A DNA stretch of 63,786 nucleotides, counting the filler, from Octopus bimaculoides (lineage: Eukaryota), in the NCBI RefSeq assembly GCF_001194135.2. It is 6 parts of 6 records of this genome, joined end to end, with 100 filler letters (N's around TTAATTAATTAA, not from the genome) between each part and the next. Parts side by side here need not be neighbours in the genome. Positions count along the whole stretch, not along the records: positions 1 to 17,647 come from NC_068986.1; 5 more parts are not named here. The stretch is one strand, 5' to 3'. Made by a program: the position numbers and the translations under genes. Each line of letters opens with the position of its first letter. Within the stretch, counting starts at the first letter, position 1. Under the pieces are notes generated by a model that ran no database searches, was not told the DNA's origin, and saw nothing but the letters and a program-made list of their open reading frames with translations. Positions 1 through 11,829 of this stretch are shown here, in pieces.

Positions 1-231
1 TGGGGGTTGATGTGATTGACTAAACTCCTCCCAACAAATTTCAGACACAGTGCGTATGTGTGTGTGTGTGTGTATCACCTGAGTGAAAATAATTTGCTTA
101 GAGTCAACTCCCTGAAAACAGAATTTACAGTTGCTTTTCCTTTCTTTTTTTGTTTCTTTCTTTTATAATATCAAAATTAGAAAATTACTATTTTCAAATC
201 TCATAACATGAGATATTCAGCAACAGTACTT

Positions 232-532
232 TGGAGTAAAGATTGTTTGCCAACATAACATGGCAGTCCTGGTTTAGGACGAATGTTGCTGTAATCTAGC
301 CCCAGGAGACATCGTCTCCAGCTCACTATATGACACGATCTGTGTCCTTGTATTTTCGAACAAGAGAATCTAGCACCCCCACTCAGCTCAAAACAATATC
401 CCTTGTTCGAAAATATAAAGACAGATCGTGTCGTATAACCAGCTGGAGACGATGTCTCCTGGGGCTAAATTACAGCAACATTAGTCCTAAACCAGGACTG
501 CCATGTTATGCTGGCAAATAATCTTTACTCCA
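232..532. mobile_element. Palindromic (foldback/MITE-like) element
   Basis: Arms of about 135 bp (232-370 vs 398-532) are imperfect reverse complements, e.g. tggagtaaagattgtttgccaacataacatggcagtcctggtttaggac / gtcctaaaccaggactgccatgttatgctggcaaataatctttactcca. Confidence 0.75.
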
Positions 533-661
533 TTTCAAAATTCGTATGATTATTTGTTGTAAAAACTAAATATTTAGAATTAGAAGCAGTAGACTGGGAA
601 AGATCACGAAAGATAAAAAAAAGTTTCAGAAAGAATTCACAAAAATATTGTTGCTTTAGAT

Positions 662-1220
662 ATAATAATCCTTTTTACTGGAGGCACAAGGCCTTGAAAT
701 TTTGCGGGAGGGGGCTAGTCTATTACATCAATCCCAGTGTTTTACTGGTCCTTAATTTATAGATCCCAAAAGGATGAAAGGCAAAGTTGACCTCAGTGGA
801 ATTTGAACTCAGAACCTAAAGACAGACGAAATACCACCAAGTATTTCACCTGGTGTGCTAACGTTTCTGCCACCTTTGCTTTAGATGTAATAATAATAAC
901 CCTATCCAATGTAGGCACAAGGCCAGGAATTATTTTTGTGGTAGTGGCGGTGGGGGACTGGTGGATCCTTAACATCTACCCCTGTGTTCATCTGGTGCCT
1001 ATTTTATCCCAAAAAGATGAAAGGCAAAGATGAACACAGTTGAATTTCAACTCAGAATGTAAAGATGGGAGGGGAAGGGACTTATCGATTATGTTGACCC
1101 CAGTATGCAACCGGTATTTAATTTATCAACCCTGAAAGGAGAAAAGGCAAAGATGACTTCAGTGGAATTTGAACTCGGAACATATTGACAGGCAAAATAC
1201 CACTAAGCATTTTGTCCAGC
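662..1220 (-). mobile_element. Cluster of 2-3 OK-like tRNA-derived SINE copies, CpG-decayed
   Basis: Repeated ggatgaaaggcaaag..gacctcagtggaatttgaactc and ggcacaaggcc motifs; reverse complement of the intact copies at 25.7-26.1 kb. Confidence 0.8.
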
Positions 1221-2013
1221 ATGCCTTAATAATAATGATAATAGAACTAAAAAATGATGATGATGAGAGAATAGTTAGAAATAGATTCCATGCTAGTAGA
1301 AAATTGTTTTCCTACTCAAAATGTCTTCAGGCTTTTTTAATATGGTTATTTGAAACAAAACATATAATTTCTATTTATTTATTTGTAGTAATACAGAAGA
1401 ATTAATTAATAAACAGTGATAAACTAAGAACCGTTAGTAATTTGTAGTGATTAGGTAGGAGTAATGGGCTTTTTACAGCAAAATAGTGATAGTCTAGTTT
1501 ATTAGTAATTTAGGATTAAAGACTAAGAATACTTGTTTTGATATTTTTCAATCAAGTGTGTGACAACTGAATAATGAATATTGATTGATGAGAACCAGTT
1601 AAAGATGCTAACTTTTCTTTTTTCTTTCTCTCCTTAGTGTTTTAAAATCTACCGTTGTAATGCAATCTGCTTCAAAATTCCAAAGTTTATAAATTACCTT
1701 TTACTTATTTCAGTCATTAGACAGTAGCCATGCTGGGGCACTGCCGACCTTAGTGCATATTTCTTTTAAACCTGGTACTTATATTATTGGTATCATTAAG
1801 TCACAGGGACATAAACACACCAACACCTGTTGTCAAACAATGTCAGGGGACAAACACAGACACACACACATCTTTTAATTTTTCTCTACCAAAACAACTC
1901 ACCTGTATCATTAAACTGATACAGGTGAGATTTTTTTTGTTTTCATCATAAATAAGAGCTAAGATCCTTGGCAGAATTACACTCCTTAAATGACACATAA
2001 ACACATATAGAGT

Positions 2014-2392
2014 GGAGGCGCAATGGCCCAGTGGTTAGGACAGCGGACTTGCGGTCGTAGGATCACGGTTTAGATTCCCAGACCGGACATTGTGAATGTT
2101 TATTGAGCAACACTACCTAAAGCTCCAGGAGGCTCCGCCAGGGCATGGTGGCGACCCCTGCTATACTCTTTCACCACAACTTTCTCTCACTCTTTCTTCC
2201 TATTTCCGTTGTACCTGTATTTCAAAGGGCCAGCTTTGTCACACTCTGTGTCATGCTGAATCTCTCCGAGAACTGCGTTAAGGGTACACGTGTCTGAGGA
2301 ATACTCAGCCACTTGCACGTTAATTTCACGAAGTAGGCTGTTCCATGGATTGGATCAACTGGAACTCTCGTCATCATAACTGACAGAGAGCC
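2014..2392 (+). mobile_element. OR2-like tRNA-derived SINE, near full length
   Basis: A box (tggcccagtggttagg) and B box (ggtttagattccc) head; body shared with 26983-27260 and 61018-61068. Family name is from memory. Confidence 0.75.
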
Positions 2393-4792
2393 ATGAGCGT
2401 GATCGTTGCCAGTGTCGTCCTAGTGCCACCGGACTGGCTCCTGTGCACGTAGCACGTAAAAAACACCTTTTGAGCGTGGTCTTTGCCAGAACCGCCTGAC
2501 TGGCCTTTGTGCTTGTGGCACGTAAAAGCACCCACTATACTCTCGGAGTGGTTGGCGTTAGGAAGGGCATCCAGCTGTAGAAACTTTGCTAGATCAGATT
2601 CAAAATGCAGAGTAGATGGAACAGGGACAACTGATGAAGGGATATACTCTTGATGTTGCATGTCTCATTTCTGTTTGTTTTTTTTTGTTGTTCAAAAAAA
2701 GTTCGTTTTCTGTTTTCGTTTCTCATTGTGTTTAACGTTTTTTTGATGTCCTGTACCCATATATGCATGTATGTATACTTATAGATGTAGGTATGCACAT
2801 ATATGTATGGATATATGCATATATCTATATACTATTTATATTATTATATGATCGAATATACCACCAATGTTCTTGGAACTTTACAAAAAATGTTTATATA
2901 AGAAACCGAATCAGATTTGTTATGGCAGGCTGCATGTGGAACCATTGTTTGTCATAAAAGAAAGAACAATAAACTTGGATAATAAAAGAGAGGATAACAG
3001 CATTGCTAGACGATGCCTGTGAGGAAATGGAACAACTCTGATAAAGGAGAATATAAAAGGAATAACATCAGAAACTGCAAAGCAATGATGCGATTCTAAT
3101 TTTTCAAGTGTTACAGTGAATAAGCAATGAAAATTTTGAGTGAGTATACAAAAGCAGCATGCATAAGAATTTGTAACAGCATCAAAAGTGTCATTATTAT
3201 TATTATTATTATTATTAATATTTCAAAACAACAAGCGAAGCATGCTCCCGTCTTCTTTCTGAGTTTTGGTTATTGATTTAGTAAGAGCGCATCAAAGGGA
3301 AGTCACTATGGACATGCTAGAGGGTCCTTACCTTCAGCAAGTGGCTGACGATGGGGTAAAGGTGGTGGAGAAAACTTATGATGAATCTCAGATTCTATTG
3401 AAAAATACAAAAAAAAAAAAACCAATGAGGGAATCACCAACACATACACAATACATGTATGTACATTACATATATATATATATATATATATATATGGGTA
3501 TGTACATACATATGTGTCCTGGGTATGGCTCTCAACTGCATGTGGTAGAGGGGCCCTTGTTTGGGAATTCCAAAGTTTTGGGGAATGTGGAACCACCTCA
3601 GTTATTGTCCCCAAGTCTACTCTCACCCAGAACAGTAACACCTGTTAGGGTTCTAGCTGTGGGTTAATTAGAAGGTCATAAAATTGCTTCCAGAAGAAGG
3701 TTACTCATAGACACCCCAACAGACCCAGGGCAGACAAGGTCCTTTAGCACTTCATTTAAAAGAAGGAAATCCCACACAAATCCTGCATCCTGCTCATGGC
3801 ACCTGGCACGTGAGACCAATATAAGTTTGAAGGGGGAGGGAGTGGGAGTGGCTCTGTATAAAGAATGCCAACTGGAATGGTATTTATTGTGCAGGTCAGT
3901 TTAGCTAACCAAGATACCAGCACCAACACCATCACACTTTTTTTCAGAAGTTCATTGGTGCTAAGGGAATACAGGTAGATGCTACTGGAAGTCTTCAGCT
4001 TTGACCCTGCCTAGAGATGGCCATCGTTTTAGCTGCCTTGGCACACCCTCATTTGACAAAGCAACAAAAGAGTCCATCACACACACTGGATCATGGAATC
4101 TCTTGTCATTGAGTAAGATTTTGACTGGGATTGTTGTTTAAGTAATGTGGAGATCTTAAGGAATTATGCATATTCAGAGGGATGCCAGCTTCCCCTGGTT
4201 GTGTTTCATCTATATCAAGGTGTGTTCAGAGGAAGTTTTGGGGTCAGTTTTATATCAGGGACCCACATTTTATCAAGTCATATGTTCCAATCCCCTGAAT
4301 TAAGCTGAGAAAATCAGCTCAACTACAAGAGATTGTCTTTACTCGAGATTGCCGCAAGGTTACTACGGAGACAAAGGTTAAGGCCACCAGTGGATTCTGG
4401 ATTCTGGGGTAGATGCATAATGGATTTTGAGAGAGCAATTTGGAGGGTTAGAGTGTCAAGCACTAATTTCCACACCCTTCCAGTTTAATGGTGCCTAGTG
4501 CTGCAAAGTGATTGGCAGATTTAAGCAGCTTGCATGCATCATAAGGTACCATTTTATAAAAATAAAGTACTGGTGAGGTGGTAGGGAGGGGAGAGACATC
4601 ACCAGCTGGTCGGGTTCTAGCCATAATGAACCCAAGATGGTTTGATTAGATCAATTCTGCAAAGACCTATTTTTGCATTGATAACAGAGATATGTCATAT
4701 ACGGCTACTTGTAGAGCAACGCCAGCTATCATTTGACTACCATTCTCTCCATCTGGAGACTGGGGTGGGGTGGGGCAGTCTACAAGAGATTT

Positions 4793-4968
4793 TCAATCTA
4801 TCCATAGCCTGATATTTTGATGTGCCACTTCATATTCTGACAGCTTATGAGATTTGGTTCGTATTTCCACCAAAACCTTCTTAACACAAACAATAATGAC
4901 AATTAGGCTGATAGCAAAGAGAAACACATCAATGAAAGCAAATGTTTTAAAGCCGTTAGGGGATGGTG
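4793..4968 (-). CDS. Terminal coding exon of an unidentified host gene: transmembrane helix plus short C-terminal tail
   Basis: Strong acceptor (minus: ttttcctttttgcttattttcttag) opens in phase 1 into (A)PSPNGFKTFAFIDVFLFAISLIVIIVCVKKVLVEIRTKSHKLSEYEVAHQNIRLWID*. A 20-residue hydrophobic stretch is followed by KK. An AATAAA lies downstream at 3883-3888 (minus). Confidence 0.7.
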
Positions 4969-5201
4969 CTAAGAAAATAAGCAAAAAGGAAAATAAATTT
5001 TTAAAAATTAATAATTTGGTGTTTAATAGGAAATATTGACGAGAGGTGAATGTGAGGATATAACCTTTATTGTTGTTTGAGAAAATGTCTGATAATTATA
5101 AGAGAGATTGAGATTTGAAATAAAGAGAAAGGAATTATTGAGTGGTCAAAAAGGTATAAATACATATACAAATAGTCAAACATACATACACACACACATG
5201 T

Positions 5202-5249
<48 letters not shown>

Positions 5250-5358
5250 ATTAACTACCAAGAAAAATTGGTAAGCTAATTCAAAAAATCATCACCAAAA
5301 TAGCAGAAAAAAACGACAGTGAAGGTATGCAAACTCTTCAAGAATCGATCCTTTTGGT

Positions 5359-5710
5359 TATATTAATAATAATAATAAAGGAGTTATGACGCAAAAACAT
5401 ATATATTCAAATGAACATATTTATCTTCTTCAATATATATTTCAGTATAAAGAATTCATTAAGAGACTTAATAATTTAAAATTTCTTTACACAAAATTGT
5501 GAAATTTTTTCGCCATGAATGGTTTGCGTTTTTAAACCGAATGTATATTTTTTCTGATGTTATATTTATTCCTGAAGATGTGTAAAGAAATTTTAATTTA
5601 TTAAGTCTCTTAATGAATTCTTTATACTGAAATATATATTGAAGAAGATAAATATGTTCATTTGAATATATATGTTTTTGCGTCGTAACTCCTTTATTAT
5701 TATTAATATA
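5359..5710. repeat. Near-perfect long inverted repeat
   Basis: 5359-5492 and 5579-5710 are reverse complements with very few differences; spacer about 86 nt. Confidence 0.9.
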
Positions 5711-5721
5711 TATATATATAT

Positions 5722-6014
5722 ATGATGGACTCTCCTGTTATTAAACGATGTATGAGGGTTCAACAATTTCTTACTGAACAACCATACCTGATTTGTTTAT
5801 AGTGATCAAATGTTTGTGTAGACATAAGCTCTCTCCCTCCATGAGATCGACATTACCTGTACAGGTGCAACGGATGCCACATGTCAGATGATAAAATGAT
5901 CACAAAGCAGTGAAATGAAGTGCTTTGCTCAAGAACAAAATGCAACGCCCAGTCTGGGAATCGAACCCACAATCATGAGTGCAACACCTTAACCATTGAG
6001 CCATGCGCCTTCAC
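5722..6014 (-). mobile_element. tRNA-derived CORE-type SINE (same family as 26416-26700)
   Basis: The minus strand gives a tRNA-like head (tggctcaatggttaagg...ggttcgattccc) then cttgagcaaagcactt. Both copies end in the same ggagagtccatcat tail. Confidence 0.65.
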
Positions 6015-7052
6015 TTTTAAGGCTTTCTCTACAGATTTTCAATAGGATTTAGAGCCACCACTGAATGTTATGATGCTTCATATATGAATACATCTATGTA
6101 AATGATGCAATCAAAGAAAGAAAAATAGGTAATGGGTGTTAATTGGTCAATGAGTTGGAAGTGTTACTGAAGAAAGAGCAATAACTCCAGAAATCTGCAT
6201 ATACACCTGCTACCTATTTTTCTATCTTTAATCTCATTGTTTACATAGACGTATTCGTATACATCTTAACTTTCAGTGCTGGCTCTAAATTTTATAGAAA
6301 TTCTGTAGAGATGACTTAAAAGTGACTGAATTGCACTGCTAACACACAAAGGTAGAAAACAGTACTGACTTGTAAACATTTAATATACTTAGTAGTAAAT
6401 TACGGTTGCTAAACGAAATAGTGTCCCTACCAGCAATTATTATGCATGTGTGTGTATATATTGGTGTGTCAGATCTGTTTGTTTGTTGGGGTTTTTTTCT
6501 CCATTTATTTTAATCTTTATTTTTCATCAACAGTTGTAAGACATCATCAATGCTTTAACAAACCAGAGGAATGTTGGCAAGAAATCATGAACCATGAAGG
6601 AGAATACAGTCTTTTCAACTCTAGGCACAAAGCCTGAAATTTTGGGGGAGGGGGCCAGTTGATTAGATCGACCCCAGTACACAACTGGTACTTAATTTAT
6701 GAAGGAGAATACATTTTTGATGAAAAAAAGGATTAAAATAAATGGGAAAAAAAATTATCTGACAACCATCCAGCTACACAAATACATAAAAATATGAATA
6801 AAAACACATTTAAAAGAAGAGAAACACACACACACACGGATTTACACAGCAAAACACAGAAACATAACAGACACACTGATGCATATATATTTACATGAAT
6901 ATAAAGTCAAACAATAGAAATGTATTCAAAGTTTTAAAAAACTTAGGAAATGCATTCAAAAATTTAAAACAAATTTGAATGATTTAAAATAACAGCTTTC
7001 GTACAGAATAATTAAGTGCACATGTTTATTTGTGAAAACATTAATGAAGACA

Positions 7053-7156
7053 TTATAACATGTAAATATTTTTCCAAATTAACATGAACTTCAATTTAGA
7101 AGCTCTAAGAAAGCCAGAAGTTGTTGCATAAGCACTCTGCTCTGAATGCACTGCAT
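7053..7156 (-). CDS. Candidate alternative last exon (D)AVHSEQSAYATTSGFLRASKLKFMLIWKNIYML*
   Basis: Acceptor ctgtttctgctataag 94 nt after the 7251 donor, open in phase 1. AATAAA at 7025-7030 (minus), just past the stop. Confidence 0.35.
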
Positions 7157-7250
7157 CTTATAGCAGAAACAGTTGTAAGTTAATGAACCTGATGATGTAA
7201 TTCCTGTTCCCTTGTCATTTATGTAATTTCATAGAACACTCTGTACTCAC

Positions 7251-7263
7251 CTGATGTTTTATT
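7251..7263 (-). CDS. Candidate 13-nt microexon (phase 0 to 1), NKTS
   Basis: tacttcag|AATAAAACATCAG|gtgagt: consensus donor, weak pyrimidine tract. Same phase class as the 22-nt microexon. Confidence 0.35.
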
Positions 7264-7279
7264 CTGAAGTATATATATA

Positions 7280-7715
7280 TGTTGGGTTGGCCACAAAGTC
7301 CATTCATTTTTTAAGTGAGATTAAGATAGAAGTTTTAAACACAAAGTTATTTATTCACTCAATGATATAATTACTGTTTCATTCCAATATCTTCTGCCAT
7401 CTTGTGGCTGGATCCATTAACCTCTGCTCAAAGAACTTCCAGTCTTTGCTAGTGAGCAACTCTTCCAGGGAAATTTTTACACCCTCTTCGGAGTTGTAGG
7501 TTTGTCCATTTGATGAAACCTGAAGGTGTAAGGTCAGGCAAGTACAGAGAGCAGAGGAGAATTTCTTAGCCGAGCCCAGTAACTTCTGCCATGTCTGCAA
7601 AGAAGCAGGCAGTCTGGCATTGTTAGGACAAAAGACAAAACTGAAGTCAGCTACTTATTAGAAGGCTTGAAGTTTAGTGACGACAAAAACTGAATGGGCT
7701 TTTGGCCGACTCAAT
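7280..7715 (-). mobile_element. Internally deleted mariner element
   Basis: Imperfect TIRs (ttgggttggccacaaagtccattcattttt / aaaaactgaatgggcttttggccgactcaa) and a remnant transposase C-terminus FFEQRLMDPATRWQKILE. Confidence 0.7.
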
Positions 7716-8018
7716 TTACACTGAGTTCTAACACCAGGTTATTAACATTGCTATGCCTAAACAATATATGTGCGCTTACACACACACACACACAAACATA
7801 CACGAACACAGTGCCATAAAGAGTGAACTGCTAGGCTTTCCCTGACCAAAAGCATTCATAATGGGTGATTAGCTCTACAGAGAGCTGCAGGTATTGGAAT
7901 AGCAATTACAATATGCATGCATGAGCCATCCAAGCTAAATGGAATACACATGGCTGCAAATCAAAAGGAGCTGCTGATGCGGTTGCCGGGAGGACAGACA
8001 TGTGGTTGCATAAATATG

Positions 8019-8038
8019 TCATCTTTTGTTGGAAATCA
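8019..8038 (-). CDS. Candidate alternative last exon (V)ISNKR*
   Basis: Acceptor tttaatatctttttcag 127 nt after the 8166 donor; the phase-1 entry gives GTG ATT TCC AAC AAA AGA TGA. Confidence 0.4.
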
Positions 8039-8165
8039 CTGAAAAAGATATTAAAGCATACACACAACAACAATTATATAAATGTTCACAAGAACCAGCC
8101 TGCAATGGCTTGCAAAAGTGTGTTGTGCTGATTGAAAGAGAAAAACAAAACTAAATTTCACACAC

Positions 8166-8243
8166 CTGATACTCTTCTTGCACTGGTCTTTTGATCTAAA
8201 GGTGTGGTAGGTAATGAGACTGCACCAGGTGAAGGTGAAGGGG
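8166..8243 (-). CDS. Internal 78-nt phase 1-1 exon, Pro/Ser/Thr-rich
   Basis: Acceptor ttttattttgtgttactttag, donor CAG|gtgtgt. Encodes PSPSPGAVSLPTTPLDQKTSARRVS without stops and splices in frame to the 4968 exon. Confidence 0.65.
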
Positions 8244-8559
8244 CTAAAGTAACACAAAATAAAATATATTACAAGTTATACTTCATTTTATTTCTGTTAA
8301 TGCTTCTTAACATGATAACAACAAATTAGATAAATTGATGTAATTTGCAATCAACCTTATATGAACTTTTTAACATTTAAACCAGCCAAATCCAGCCGAA
8401 ATAATCAACCTGCTTTATGATCTAAGCAGCTAGATTTCGCCTCTCACACTTGCCCTACAATGTCAATTTAAAAATACTGAAATCTTGAAGCTATGAGATA
8501 GAGCATGATTAATTAGAAACAATGTGAATAAAGAAGCATTAGATTTTGACAAGGTTTGA

Positions 8560-8775
8560 TTGAAAACTATTGGGAGACTGGTGCCATAAAAAGAAGACTA
8601 CAACCCTTATCAATCTGGAATTTAATCTCCTTCAAAGTAATCCCCTTCTAAAGCCACACATGTTATCCAGGATCGTTTCCATTGATGGAAACATTCCTGG
8701 AACTCCTTTCTTGGGACAGTGAGCAGCTGCCTCATCACATTCTCTTGGATTTCATCAATGTCTTGAAGTCTTGTT
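8560..8775 (-). mobile_element. Mariner 3' fragment
   Basis: The minus strand encodes ...QWKRSWITCVALEGDYFEGD*, typical of a mariner transposase C-terminus. Confidence 0.7.
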
Positions 8776-9031
8776 GAGGTCATTGAAAACTATCATTTTC
8801 AATGACTGCAACTCAACAGCAAAATAACTTTTATGTCACACTGATGACGATGATGATGATGATGATCTTCCAAGAAACCTATCTCTTTTCCTGGAAAAAA
8901 TCTGAAAGACTGTTTTCCACTTCTTCCTCTCTTTTTCTGTTTTGCCTCTTATAAAATGTTTCAGTGATTGGAACAGATGGAAATCCATAGGCAGGATTGG
9001 AAATTAGAATCTGAAATCAAACAATACCGAG

Positions 9032-9068
<37 letters not shown>

Positions 9069-9289
9069 ACACCCATTTATGAATGTTAAATTCTTTTTTG
9101 TTATTATCTATTGTGCAAATACACATTTGTGGCCACATGTGAGGATAGGCACAACAACTCAATTGAAGATAAGTTTGGCTTTTTTTTTTTTACCAATCTC
9201 TTCTCTTCTGAGAATTGAATGCTGTAGCTGGCACATGACTACAATTCAGCTTCCTATCGCTCATGGCACACTAGATAACTACAATTTCT

Positions 9290-9650
9290 CCACTTGCGTT
9301 AGTGTTGTTCCACTAACATGCAGAGAGCATTGGAAGACATTTTTGAGAGTACCAATGGGTGGAACAGAGGTCAGACAGTCTCTCCAGGTGGAGCCACTGC
9401 TGCTCTGCATTGAGAGGTCAGAGCTCTGGTACTATGAATTTGAACATCTCAAGAAAGAACAAGGTGGACTTTTTAAGCCAAGTCAATCTGCAGGAGACTT
9501 AGGGAAACCAAGAATGAAATGATTGGATAAGAATGTCCATAGTCTTAGTTGGTCACACTTGGGAATCCAACCAAAAGTGTAATGAGGGTTGCTTCTGAAA
9601 GGACCCTGTAGAGAAGGGGGACTCTACCCCAACAACCCTTATATGAACGG
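9290..9650 (+). mobile_element. RTE-like LINE 3' fragment
   Basis: EVRQSLQVEPLLLCIERSELWYY...GKPRMK resembles the RTE post-RT motif (EPLLLRIERSQLRW...GRPR). Confidence 0.6.
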
Positions 9651-9719
9651 TGGATAGAGAAAATGTGTGAATGGTGCTAATATTCCTAAAGAAAATAGAA
9701 AGTAAAGTGGTTAACTCAC

Positions 9720-9741
9720 TTTTGGAAGGTTCTACTGGTTT
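9720..9741 (-). CDS. 22-nt microexon (phase 0 to 1), KPVEPSK
   Basis: Very long pyrimidine tract (gtcttttctctttcttttctttttatttctacttttccag) and donor AAA|gtgagt. The trailing A joins the CC of the 8243 exon to give Thr, in frame. Confidence 0.55.
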
Positions 9742-10424
9742 CTGGAAAAGTAGAAATAAAAAGAAAAGAAAGAGAAAGACATTAGTTATATGAAGCAGAA
9801 CATTGACAGGCTCTCAATTTTTTAATTTTTTTTATTACTATTTTATTGTAAATAATGGCAAAAAACATGTTTGAATCTTTATAGTAACAATGATTAAGAA
9901 AGATATGCAATGAAATGATAATTAATAAAGATATCTCACTCATTAGTGTGAAAAAAAATCTTTTGACTAGCCCTTCTGATACTTTCATCTCTGAAGAATG
10001 GTATACATTCCTGACAGTAGACTGAACTAATGAAATCTATTTCCCCCAAGAAACACAGTCAAATAATTTCTCATCTTCAGGTATTTTTGCTTTTACCACT
10101 TGACTAAGAAAGATACATCAATTAAACCAATTAATTAGTTAAGTGGTAAAGTTTTGAAAATAGCTACTGCAAGGGTTTGACAAATATAAACAGGGTATAA
10201 ATTCTTGTTAGATGACCTAGGTACCCTTGTTAGATGATCTAGGTACTTTTGTTGCATGATCTAGGTACATAAGAGTTAAGCAGAGGTACTACCAGCTGAC
10301 TTGTTAAAGCAAAACAGTTAAAACAAGTGCAACATCTCTGATTAGCTGAGTTGATGAATAGGGTTTTAATGGATCCCCGTCTAAGACATAGATCTGCTTG
10401 GCCAAAATTAACCAATAATAATAA

Positions 10425-10770
10425 GTATAGAAAAAAATAGCAAAGTACCAGGACCTAGCTATCGAATAACAGAGACTATGGAAAGTGTGGGTAAAATATA
10501 TCCCAATAGCTATAGGTGCATTGGGAACTATCCCTAAAGATCTGAACAGATGGATAGAGGAAATAGGCATAAAACCCAGTTTAGTATAGCTGCAGAAAGC
10601 AGTGTTATTAGGGAGAGCTAGGATACTTAGGGGGGTTCTTGGTATCTAAGGTTACTTGCTGTAACCCAATAGGAGGGTTCTTGACATCAAGTCTACTTGT
10701 AGGATTATTTTCTTTACCAACATGAATGAATAATAATAATGAATAATAATAATAACAACAATAATAATAA
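10425..10770 (+). mobile_element. 5'-truncated R4/Dong-like non-LTR retrotransposon in a (TAA)n tract
   Basis: Encodes EKIAKYQDLAIE*QRLWKVWVKYIPIAIGALGTIPKDL...LQKAVLLGRARILRGVLGI*, a restriction-like endonuclease C-terminus. TAA repeats lie on both sides. Confidence 0.8.
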
Positions 10771-11829
10771 TTTTTTATTGACCACACGGGCCAATAATAA
10801 TAATAAATATAAAAATCAATAAGATGATAGCCTCTGCACAGCCATTTGATTTGCTGGAAGCAGCAGCCAAACTTTTCTCAAACCACACTCAACTGTCTTA
10901 AAAACCAAAAGGACACACAAAACAGTGTAATCCTAGGTACATAATGGGTTCGAATTTTGGCTAGCAATTTTAGTGGGGGGGGGGGGATAAGTTGATAACA
11001 AGGACCCTAGAATTCAACTGATGATTATTTTATTGACCTTGGAAGGATGAAGGGGTCAAGCCAACATCAGTGGAATTTAAACTCAGAACAAGAAGAGCGA
11101 GAAAAAAATGTCAGTAAGTATTTTGTCTGACAAACTAATAATTTTGCCTGATTGCAAGGTCTATATATAAAATGCCAAATAAAATAAGACAGGATGGCCA
11201 CAGCTGGAACATACTTGATCTCCTCTCAATTAGGGATCATTTGGAGACAACTACGACATCAACTTGTCTTATAATCAGATGGAGTCTCTTCCTTACACCT
11301 ATACCAGAAATTGTGTTTTGTTTCAGTCTGATTAATTGAATGTTTGTTAGATCCTTAACTGCAGTACACAGGAGGAAAAAAAAGGGGGTTGGCTGAGCAA
11401 ACAGGGTATCAGACAATCAACTGACAAGCTTATGATTTGTATACTAAGGTTTATATACTGTCATTACAATTACATTGTATAGAAGATATTTATTAATTAC
11501 TACAGAATATATCTATAGATTTAATCAAAACTGTGTATTATGATGAATATGCCTTTATCCATATGTCTATAAATGGGGGAGAAAAAAAGAGGAAGCAACT
11601 GTGCACCCTGTTTAACTATCCCCAAACACACTGATACAACATCCAATGATATTAGCAATTGAAGTAAACTGGATAGATCAAGGGTTAAATATGTAAAGCA
11701 ATCTGTCCAATTTACTTCAACCTGTAATTTTAGTGGGTCTGTAAGCAGTGCCTGTGGGTAGTTAAAGAAGGTACACATCTGCTGCTCATGATCCTGATCA
11801 GGACCAAAACATGTATATTCACTGCTCAC

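Noticed and set aside
2014-2090. tRNA-like A/B boxes
   Set aside because: SINE heads, not tRNA genes: no complete cloverleaf, and they continue into SINE bodies.
2900-3037. Strong minus-strand acceptor at 3038 with short open frames
   Set aside because: Downstream of the terminal exon, with no way to choose a frame.
9940-9990. 51-nt exon-like segment (ttcttcag ... gtgaga) on the minus strand
   Set aside because: Open only as phase 1-1 or 2-2, but it lies where the chain needs phase 0, where it has an immediate stop; it could only be a poison exon.
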